A DNA stretch of 64,000 bases from Dipteris shenzhenensis (Eukaryota): assembly GCA_047967505.1 (NCBI GenBank), contig CM106538.1; one strand, 5' to 3'. Position numbers and translations under genes: made by a program. Below the pieces are notes generated by a model that was not told the DNA's origin, did no database searches, and saw only the letters and a list, made by a program, of their open reading frames with translations. Of this stretch, positions 53,650 through 64,000 are shown piece after piece. Within the stretch, counting starts at the first letter, position 1. Each line of letters opens with the position of its first letter.

Positions 53650-54025
53650 TGAGGGCTGCATGGATTTCTCATAGGGATGATGGGGAGGGCTCTCAAGAGG
53701 GATCATGTGAGGGCTCATGAGAGTCAGGGGAGGGCTCATGAGAGTGCTCATGGGAGTCAAGGGAGAGCTCTCAAGAGGGATCATGGGAGTTATGGGAGGG
53801 CTCACAGGAGCGGCCAAGGGAGGTCTCATAGGATTCTCATGGGAGTCAAGGGAGGGATCACATGATCAGTCAAGGGAGGGCTCACAGTATTTCTCATGGG
53901 AGCCAAGGGAGGGCTCATGGGAGGTATCACAGGAGGGCTCATGGGAGGTATCACAAGAGGGCTCATGAGACATGGGAGTTATCATAGGAGGGATCATGGG
54001 AGGTATCATAGGAGGGCTCATGAGA
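53650..54025. repeat. Degenerate GGGAGGGCTCATG minisatellite
   Basis: Repeated gagggctcatg/gggaggtatcac units. Confidence 0.8.
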
Positions 54026-55533
54026 TACGGGAGATTAAACAAGAGGGACTTGTGTCACTAGAGGGATTCTTCTCAGTAGTACATTTGGAGTCCATGGATT
54101 GCAAGGAGGTCATTGTGCTAGAGGAAGAAGATTGGGATAGAGTCCTATGGTGGCATCCTGTGGGATTGGTATTGTTATGTACTCTTGCAATTGAAATATT
54201 TTTTACCATTTCTTGGTGCAACTTTTCAATATCCAAGTAAAAACAGTTGAAATAATTTATCTCAAATGATTGCACACTAGATTTCTTTTGACTCTTCCAA
54301 GTCATTGTTCCCTTTACATAATGGTACCCTCCAAGCATTTCCCTTGCATGTTGGTTTGTTTTTGTCATGCAAGCTTCATAGACCAAGATGCGGGTAGTGG
54401 AACTATATGTATCTTATACTTTCTCAAAAGAGGAGACTTCAAAATTTTAAAATAGATATCTAAGCATCATGACTTACATTAGTAGCATCACAAGATCATG
54501 ACTTACACTAGTAGCAAGAGTTTTAAAGTCATATATAAGCTTCATGACTTGTACCAGGATAATCACAAGAAACAAGCATCCCATTTGCATCCACAATTCC
54601 CTTGAAGTCCTTCATCACCTGCTTTCATCACCTGCTTAACAACTTGCAGATGTAGGCATTTGTGTCTTGGGACCTTTAGTATCCTGATGACATCACTTGA
54701 CTTCAATAAATTGCCTAAAGTGTATGAACTGTCAATATCATCTATTTATTCTTCCCATCACATCTTTCATGAAGTTTCCTAAGAAGAACACAATTGAAAC
54801 TTAACACAAACAATGTAACACAAGAGAGTGAAAATTCATTGAAACATTGGAGAACAAACCTTGTAGCCTGGGTTCTCCTCTTTCTAGAACCTCAAGTGGG
54901 TGCCCATGTATCCATGTATTGTAATTGTATTTTCATATCCTTCAATCCCAAAGGTGTTTCCTTCATATTTTATAGTAGTTCTTCTATCTTCTCTCATCCC
55001 TTGTCTACTGCCAGTTGAACTTGGCTGTAGACAAATATTTCCAAAACCATTTTTGTTTTAGCGAGCTTATAGAGTAATTCTTGCAATTCTTGCTTATAGA
55101 GTAATTCTCGCAAATATTTCTGAATCCTTTTTTTTAAAAGCTAGCTTATAGTGTAATTCTTGCAAATACTATTACTCCAAGTCTATTGCATTGGCTTTGT
55201 CATGAAAATCCTTCTTCTGCCTTTGAAGATTTGTACATTGCAACAATGGTACTTTTCCTAAATGTGTTAATTGCATTAATGATACTATTTCCTAAATGTG
55301 CTAATGACAAAATATGAAGAGGGGAGAGGAGAAGAATGGAGGTGAGGAAAGAGGGCATAGCTAGAGAGCACACCACAAATTACTAATTGTACACTAGATT
55401 TAGTTCAAACTGTAGAATATATATAAACCCATTTAGGGTTAGGGTTAGGGCATCTAACCCTTTCCTTTATAGCACTCTATAAGTGTTAGTGCTATTCACA
55501 TATGATCACATGATGTTGAGAATGGTCTCTCAA

Positions 55534-58500
55534 ACCTTCCCTCAAGATGATCATTTTGGGGAATTGAAGAAGGACTGAGCATTACATTCCATCACACCCC
55601 TTTAATGGGAATGTCCTTCCTCTATGTCAAACTCACATCAAACCAAGAGCTTGTCAGTGTTTCTCAAAAATCACTTTATCGAGTGGTTGGTAAAGATGTC
55701 TACAACATTCTCTTTGCTATCACAATGCTACAGTGTGATGTCACCAAGTAAGACTCTTTCTCTGATGAAGTGCTCTCTAACGTCAATGTGCTTTGTTTTG
55801 GAGTGATATACTGGATTCTTGGCCAATGCATAGTCACTGTCATAGTATCCATGCAACCTTGGATGACTTCCTATGTATTCTATTCCAGACTGTCTTGTAC
55901 CTCTTATGTATCTCAAGACTCTTTTGGATGCATTCTAGTGAGACTGTTTTAGATTTGCCATAAACTGTGTAAGTGAACTTACTACATAACAAATATCTAG
56001 CCATGTGATAGTCAGATATATAAGAGATCTGATGAGCTACCTATGGTACCTATCACTGACTGTAGACTTTTCTAAATCTTTAGTAAGTTTCAAACTCTGT
56101 TCCATGGGAGTGGCCGCAATCTTGCAATCTGCCATATGCAACTTCTTCAGGAGACTGTCAACATATTTGAGCTAACTCATAAAGGTGTTGTCCGAATCTC
56201 TCCAGAACTCAATTCCAAGACAATAGTGCATAAACTTCCAAGATCTTTCATGTCGAACTCTACATATAAGTCTTGTTTTAGCTTTCTGATGAAGCTATCC
56301 TTGCTTCCTGTCACAATTAGATCATCTACGTAACAAGTGCAATAATAATGTCTTCCCCTTGAACTTTGTAGTAGAGAGTATGATCTGCATTGGACTTCAT
56401 GTATCCTAGATCAGCAAAATACTTGTTGATTCTAATGTACCAACTTTTGGGTGCTTGGTTTAACCCATAGAAACTCTTCTTAAGATGGTAAACCTTATTC
56501 TCCTTTCTTGGCTCAACATAACCTGTTGGTTGTTGCATGTAGACTTCCTCGTATAGGTAACCATTGAGAAATGCATTCTTGACATCGAGTTGATACACAT
56601 TCCATTTGCTGAGTGTCGCTAGCGATATCAATAACTGTATGGAATCCATCTTTGCTACTGGAGCATAAGTCTCATCATGATCTTGACCATATTGCTGTGC
56701 AAATGCTTTTGCAACTAGTCTAGCTTTGTATCTTTGAATACTTCCATCTGGATTATACTTCACTTTGTATACCCATTTGTTTGCTATGGCCTTCTTTCTT
56801 GGTGGAAGGTCACATAATTCCCAAGTATTATTCTTATACAAAGCATCCAATTCATCATTCATAGCGGTTTGCCATTCTAGCTTGTCAATTGCATCTTCGA
56901 AGTACATTGGCTCTTCTGTAGCCATGATGGTAGTCATAAGAGCATAGTTGGTGGTTTCAACCTGAATTGCTTTGCATTTCTAAGCATGATATGTCAATCT
57001 GGCTTGAGGTCTGCTTTCCCTAGTAGACCATCTGAGCTGCTGTAGCTCTGCTTGGGGTGTTTCTGGCAATTCAAGCTCTTCATTATCAATCTTTTCCGAG
57101 ATGACTATGAAATCGATGTGTCTATCTCCTGTGTGTTTGAGGTCTTCCATTCTGATTCCTCATCAAAGACTACATCTTTGGAGATAATGACCTTCCGGTT
57201 GATGGGATCATACAACTTGTATGCTTTGCTTTCGTCACTATAGCCATGGCATGATGCATTTGCGTGACTTTGCATCCAATTTCCTGTGATGATCATCATG
57301 TATGTGGGCATATGCTATGCAACCAAATATACAAAGATGCCCAATGTGTGGCTTGTGTCCATTGAATGCTTCATAAGGTGTCATACCCTGAATCGGCTTA
57401 GTAGGAAGCCGATTAAGCAAGTCGTTTGCAGTGGCTATTGCTTTTGCCCAATATTGATTTGGAAGATGCTTCTCGCTAAGCACTATTTGCTAAACTCCCA
57501 TTCTTCCTTTCAACTCTTGCATTCTACTGAGGAGTATCTGTACAAGTGAATTGTCTTCGAATGCCGTGACTTCTACAAAAGTTCATGAATGCTGAAGACA
57601 TGTACTCACCTCCTCTATCTGATCTCATGTCTTTTATCTTTTTGCTTGTCTGGTTTTCTACCATAGCTTTTAATTCTTGAAATCTGGAAAAGATTTTAGA
57701 TTTCTCTTTAGAAAGTAGACCCAACAATATCTACTGTAGTCATTGATAAAAGTATAGTGATGAAGTGAACAATTGATGCTGCGGGTTTGGGCATAACCCC
57801 ATGCATTTGTATGTATCAAATCAAGAATACCTCTTGCTTGACAAGAGGTGCTTTTGCCAAAGTTGGTTCGCTTTCGTTTGTTGAAGCAACATGCTTCGCA
57901 AACTTTTCTAAGAAACTGTAGCTTAGGAATCCCAATTTCCATACTCTGATTCATGAGATCTAGCAAGCTCTTGAAATTGACATGACCATATCTCTTGTGC
58001 CATTTTGCAAATAGTGGCATTTGTTGCAGTTGAGCTGACATGGCATGCTTATCTGGTATTGTAGCTAGCATTCTATACAAGCATCCTTCCTTGACTCCTT
58101 TTCCTACTAGCTGAAATCTTTTAGATTTGTCTCTCATAGTGCATTCATCTCCATCAAAGATGACTCCGTAGTTGTGTTCCGTCATTTGACCAACTGACAA
58201 GAGGTTCTTATTGCTAAGCTTCAAAACATAGAGTACATCTTTCACCAACCCTTTCATACCACTTAAATTGTTCATAGGGATAATGTCGGTCCCTTGAATT
58301 GGATTCGGTGTATTATTTGTTGTGTAGATGACATTCTTTTGACCTTCTAATGGTTTCAATTTTATGAACCATTCCTCATGATTTGTCATATGAGGTGATG
58401 CATTGTTGCCGATGTATCAAGGATCCTGCTCTGCTTGGTCAACTTGATAGTTGAAATCCTCTTTTGAATTGTAATCAGTGTCTAGGTACACTGTATCAAT

Positions 58501-59205
58501 CTTCTGCATTTCCTCATTTGCAAGAAACATATTCCCATGTTCATTTGCAAAATGATTCTGACTAAAATTTCCACCACGATGATTTCCTCTTCTACAAAAA
58601 TTCCCTCGATTGTTGCTGGATTGGCCACCTTGGTCGTACTGCTTCTTGTGGGAATCTCTTTCATAGTGTCCAAACTTATGATAGTAGTTGCACTGAATGT
58701 TTGACACATTGGTGGATGCATTCCCTCATCCTTGGAATCATCCTTGATTGGAATGATATCCTCTTTGCTGATTCTGATGTTGCTGAGGATGATGCTAATG
58801 ATGATTCAAACTTTGCAGATGATGACCACTTCTCTGAAATGATCTACCTCTGCCTTTGCCTCTGCCTCTCCTTCTATCTAAAGCAGTGAATGCCTGATCA
58901 TTAGGATGACCTTTGCATGCATGAATGGCTTCAGTCCTGATTTCTTCACCAAGTAAGATTGACTGAAGTTCTTCTAGTTTTGGAATTTGCCATTGAATGG
59001 CAATACTCTGGACTAGATTCTTGTATCCCTCTCCTAGTCCATTCAGGATGACTTGAACCATTTTTGTTAGATTCTTGGTCTCTCTTGCTGACGGTTTCGC
59101 TGCTGTTGTGGAAAGTCTGGTTGATTTGGTCTCTCAGTGTGATAATCTTGGAAGTGTTCTTTGACTTGTAGAGAGCTGCAAACATATCCCATGCTTCTTT
59201 TGATC
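55534..59205 (-). mobile_element. Ty1/copia (family B) degenerate gag-pol with PPT; gag N-terminus missing
   Basis: gag KEAWD..ILNGL..Y; degenerate knuckle CNYYHKFGHYERD; INT RSDRGGEY; RT NNTWEL..KWVYKVK..YKARLVAK..QLDVKNAFLNG; RH NPVYHSKTKHIDV. PPT-like CTTGAGGGAAGG at ~55535-55546. Confidence 0.9.
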
Positions 59206-59209
59206 TGTT

Positions 59210-60090
59210 GACGGAACACAACTTTTGCCTCACACGAGTAGATCTACAAAACTGACGAAAGTGGTATTTGACCACACAGTCACTTCCTAGTGATGATTTT
59301 GCATCAACAGGCAACAAGCATGATTCTTCAACTCCCAATATCTCTGCACACAAGCATACGATGCTATTTCTGCGGTAACTTTTCACCGACCAGCTGAGCA
59401 GTGGTCGCACACCAAAAAACAAGGCCTTTTTTCGAGTGCCTGCGAAGAACTTCCGCCTTCAAAATGGGCTCCAAAATGGCCTTGAATCAGAAAAATAAAG
59501 TCACTCAGGGCTTCACCCTAAGGGCTTCGCCCTGACCCGCAACATATACTGCGCTCTCACCACACCGCGAAGGGCGTCTCAATCTGAGACAGTGCACTCT
59601 TGCACTTTTGGCTGTGCTACCTGCAGAGATTTGCTCCCAAACTTGAAATAGGAAAGCAACACTGGTCCTCTTACCAGGACACCACGAACTTGGTTTGCTT
59701 TCTTGAGCTCCTTACCACGAACAAGGCTCTGATACCATGTGAAGATAGTGGGAGAGAGGGAAGGAGTCTCACTTGCAGCTTTCTCACATACACAATGGGG
59801 GAATACGCACAAAGGTGGAGGCTGAAAATAGTTTTCCTCTTCTTAGTTGTTGAAAGCCAAAAGAACTCAAGTACAAAGAAATAGAAGAACCCTATATGTG
59901 GATCTCAAACCAAACTCAACTAACTAAGGTGGCATACTAACTGAGCCACAAACTAGAGTAGATAAGGATAGTTGTCATCCAGCTATTATTCGCGGGCGGT
60001 GTACCAACCGCATCTGCAGCTAACAAGTCGGTGACATAAATGCACAACGGTCACCCTGGCATATCACGAGTGGAGCTCGATATCTCAACA
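59210..60090 (-). mobile_element. Copia family A 5' LTR, PBS and leader
   Basis: LTR 59738-60090; PBS 59726-59737; leader colinear with 13230-13736. Confidence 0.95.
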
Positions 60091-61772
60091 CCATTGCCAA
60101 CCCACGTTATAGCACCGGCTACTCTAGCAAAGCCTCTTTGTCTATAGCCAGGCTCGACAGCCATATCTAGCTCCTAACATGTGCCGCCTTACAGCTCCAT
60201 ATATGCTCCATATATGTAGCCTAGTCGCTTCCTCAGCCTGAGCGTCCACGAACTAGATTGCACTAGAGAACTGCACCAGAGCAGTAGCTCCAAAAGCAAA
60301 AAAAGAACCTATGCGAGCATTGACTTCACACACAACTCCTTCTCTAGCAACTCTCTGTCTCCACGCTTAGCCTCCTCCATCACCCACACCACCAAAACGC
60401 TGCTTCTCTGCTAGCCCGTGGCTCTAAACGGCACGTAAAGCTCTTTTGGGATAGTTTGGTAAAAGGCTACAAAACGGGTCTAAAGAAGTTGCACCAACTG
60501 TGAGCGCAAGATTTTGATCAAAACATCGATCATGTGTGGAAGTAGATATCATTGACAGTCAAAAGGACTTCATGATCGATAGAGCTTGTAGCAAGCGTGG
60601 TGTGTTTTGGGAGGAGGAGTGCTAGCTCAGCTACGCGGTTGGCAATGAATTACAATACAATTCTCTGTCGATGTTTCCTATAATATGCATACGATTCCGA
60701 GATCTGTTGAGGCAGATCCATTTTTCTAGGTACTTTTCCTGTAACCTCGATCGATGGCAGCTCCTGCAACAAATCAAGGATGCCTCCATGCTACAAACAC
60801 CCATGGTTGTCTTCCTCACGTCGCTTCTCATCTTCATGGACGTCGCCGCCATCACGCTCAGGCCTCAAAGATTTCTTCAAAGTCTTCATTGCTAAGGCTC
60901 CCACAAAAAGCCACGTGGTAGGATAAGGCTGAACTGTGGTTAAGTTAATCCAACCACATTTAACCTTGGTTAGTTGAGTGTGGTCATTGACTGCTGGTTA
61001 ACTTAACTTGGGTAGAATTAACCTTGGTCAGCAAGTAGATAGGGTTGGTCAAGCCAACCTCTGAAGGGTCAATTCACAATACCCATGATTAGGGGTAGGA
61101 TTAGTTAAGTGCCACCTAAGCACAGAGCCCCTTGTTAAGCACAATGTGAGTGCAGCATGTGAACAGCCTCTGCCACATCATCAAGGCCCCCTCTTCTTCA
61201 CAAAAACTTCGACAAGTTGTAACTTCTTGCAATCTAAGAGGAATTTGCACATGCTCCAAAAAGGAAAAGTGATCTCCTTTTCAAGCTCTACGTGCCTATC
61301 AAATAAGAATCATTGTTAGAAATTAGACACTGCCAATATTGAAAGAAATCAATTGGTAAGACCTTTGCAACAAATGACAAATCAAAGCATGAATGTACAC
61401 ATCATTGTCATAAGCATGCCAAAAGCACAAGTGCATGAGATGACCATAGCACGAAGCATGGCATCCACACATAAAGCATTAAGGCACATGGAAGAACAAA
61501 GCATCATGCATCAAGCTACGTCAAGAGAAGAAGAGAATGCCATCGACATCAAGCATTGAGAAGCAACATCCTTTCCACCTACAGCCCATATGTTTGTAAT
61601 CAAGCCTGACCACCTAAGAGTAGCTATGAAAGCACCCAGGGGAGGTATTAACATGTAAAAACCACACTTGACCACCTTAAGTAGCAATGCAAGCACTAAG
61701 GGGAGGTGATGGATTTGTAACTCACATCTGACCACCTTGCAATAGCCAAAGGATCATGGCACCAAGGGGAGG

Positions 61773-62264
61773 TGTTGAGATATGGTGCCACGAGCACATA
61801 GATTAAAGGGCAAAGGTATGTGATAAGGAATGTATTAAAGTAGCCACCCTAGGATGTGGACTACATGATGTCGAGATGTGGATTGAGGATATCCACAAGG
61901 AGAGATGTGGATGAGAGGATCCCACATGGTTGACTATTCAAAGGGCACTCTCTATATAAGAGGCCTATCATGTATTGTTGATATAGCACATTGGAAAAGA
62001 TTGAGTGTTACATACTTCCTGTCTCTCTCCCCATGGCTTTCCATGTTTGGTTTAATCCTCCATGATCTTTATACTCATTAAGTGATAGATTAGGCTAGTA
62101 CAATCCGCACTTTGTCACATTGCGCTTGTTCTTAGTAAATCCCAAACCCACCATGCTTGTTTTACCTTTTATAGCCACTAGAATTTTGAGCAAGAATCTT
62201 ATTTGTCGCTCTTGTTCGTGATAGTTCTACTCTTAGTTGTAAGAATTCAAATTTGTATTCAACA
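61773..62264 (+). mobile_element. 3' LTR (TGTTGA..TCAACA) preceded by multiple PPTs
   Basis: 6-bp terminal inverted repeat, TATATAA at ~61953, and AAGGGGAGG directly upstream. Confidence 0.75.
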
Positions 62265-62343
62265 TTCTTCTTGATACTTTCTTCTCGTAAGTCCCTTTCA
62301 TTCTTTTCCTAAGTCAAATCTTATTTGTCGCTCTTGTAAGAAT

Positions 62344-64000
62344 TTGACCTCTCTCCCTCTCCTCCCTCTACTCCCTCACTTCTCTCTCCCTGACTCTCTC
62401 TCTCTCTCTCCCTCTACTCCCTCGCTTCTCTCTCCCTCACTCTCTCTCTCTCTCCCTCCCCTCCCTCCTCTCCCCTCTCTCTCCTTCTGCTCCCTCCTCT
62501 CCCCTCCCTCTCTCTTTCTCCCTCTCTCTCCCCTCCCTCCTCTCCCCTCTCTCTCCATTTGCTGCCCTCCCTCCCCTTCCTTCCTCCCCTCCCCTCCCCC
62601 CCTCCCTCGACCCCTCCATCCCCCCCACTCCCTCCCTCCCCTCCCCTCGTGGAGGGTGCTGACGGCCGCACCAGAACCCCCCCATTCCTCCCTCCCTCGC
62701 CCATGCCCCTGCCCCCCCTCCCCCTCCCTACCCGGCTCCCCTCCCCCCCTCCCCTCCCCTCCCCTCCCTCCCTCCGTCCCTCGACCCCGCCCCCGATCCC
62801 CTCCCCCCCCTCCGCCCCCCCTTCCCTACCCGGCTCCCCTCCCCCCCCTCCCCTCCCGCCCTCCTTGGGGGTCTGGTGGCCGCGGCCGCCAAAACCCCCC
62901 CTTCCCCGTCCCTCCCCTCCCCCCTCCAGGGGGTCCTGGCGGCCGCAGCCGCCAGACCCCCTCGGCCCCCTCCCTCCCCCACCCTCTCCCTCCCCTCCCC
63001 CCTCTAGGGGTCCTGGTGGCTACGGCCGCCAGACACCCCCTGCCCACTCCCTCCTCGGCTGCAACCCCCCCATCCCCTCCCCCCTCCAGGGGGTCTTGGC
63101 GGCTGCGGCCGCCAAACCCCCCCGCCCCCCTCCCTCCCTCGACCCCAACCTTCCCCCCACCCCCTCCCTCCCCTCTCCCCTCCAGGGGTCCTAGCGACCG
63201 CGGCCGCGAGACCCCCCCGCCCCCTCCCTCCCTTGACCCCAACCGCCCCCACCCCCTCCCCCCTCCAGGGGGTTCTAGCGGCCGTGGCCGCCAGACCCCC
63301 CCTGCCCCCTCCCTCCCTTGACCCCAACCCCTCCACCCCCTCCCCCCCCTCCCTCTAGGGGGTCCTGGCGGCCGCGGCCGCAAGACCCCCCCTGCCCCCT
63401 CCCTCCCTCGACCCTGCCCCCGCTCCCCTCCCCCCCCTTCGCCCCCCATCTTCCCTACCCGGCTCCCCTCCCCCCCCCTTCCCCTCCCCTCCCCCCCTCC
63501 TTGGGGGTCTGGCGGCCGTGGCCGCCAGAACCCCCCCCCACCCCGTCCCTCCCCTCCCCCCTCCAAGGGGTCTTGGCGGTCGCGGCTGCCAGACCCCCTC
63601 CCCGCCCTCCCTCCCTCGACCCCAACCCCCCCCACCCCCTCCCTCCCCTCCCCCCTCCAGGGGTCCTGGCGGCCACGGCCGCCAGACCCCCCCCTCCCTC
63701 CCTCGACCCCAACCCCCCCCACCCCCCTGGCGGTTGCAGCCGCCAGACCCCCCCCCTTCCCTCCCTCGACCCCAACCCCCCTCCACCCCCTCCCCTCCCC
63801 CCTCTAGGGTCCTGGCGGCTGTGGCCGCCAGACCCCCCCTCCCTCCCTCGACCCCAACCCCCCTCCAGGGATTCTGGCGGCCGCGGCCGCCAGATGCCCC
63901 CCCTCCCTCCCTCAACCCCAACCCCCCCCCCACCCCCTCCCTCCCCTCCCCCCTCCAGGGGTCTTGGCAGCTGCGGTCGCCAAACCCCCCCTCCCTCCCT
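62344..64000. repeat. C-rich satellite with GC palindrome core, running off the window
   Basis: A CT tract grades into ~15 units of GGGGTC(C)TGGCGGCCGCGGCCGCCAGACCCC separated by CCCTCCCTCGACCCCAACCC runs. Confidence 0.92.

Noticed and set aside
40052-60090. LTRs at 40052-40403 and 59738-60090 as two ends of one giant copia
   Set aside because: Orientation fits but the outer flanks differ (TCGTG vs CCATT), so there is no TSD.
62344-63933. Long Pro/Gly-rich ORFs as extensin-like genes
   Set aside because: Open in several frames on both strands because the C-rich satellite lacks stop codons.

Overview
Eukaryotic land-plant DNA made almost entirely of repeats. The PLS-type PPR remnant and the transposon families suggest a fern or other non-seed plant (inference). 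No intact host gene is visible. Contents in order: (1) a minus-strand Tat-type Ty3/gypsy remnant with a second RNase H and a deleted integrase core (~1.1-6.1 kb); (2) a near-identical 10.7-kb head-to-tail duplication (7997-29406), each copy holding an RT-less Ty1/copia with two LTRs and a CGGCT TSD inside a degenerate RecQ-like helicase frame, plus a 98-bp satellite with LRR-like coding potential; (3) a CACTA right end with a TnpA-like pseudogene, a short MULE-like element, a degenerate MULE/SWIM transposase, KCS and PPR gene fragments; (4) the best candidate for an undescribed system: a 7.56-kb element (41726-49288) with perfect 25-bp terminal inverted repeats, about 20 copies of the palindrome ATACCTCGATCGAGGTAT in two subterminal arrays, a 187-bp dimeric satellite and a spliced coiled-coil/RING-H2 gene, but no recognisable transposase; (5) a composite of two copia families, an LTR preceded by multiple PPTs, and a C-rich satellite built on GGCGGCCGCGGCCGCC hairpins. 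Everything was read by eye; boundaries without a cited motif are approximate.
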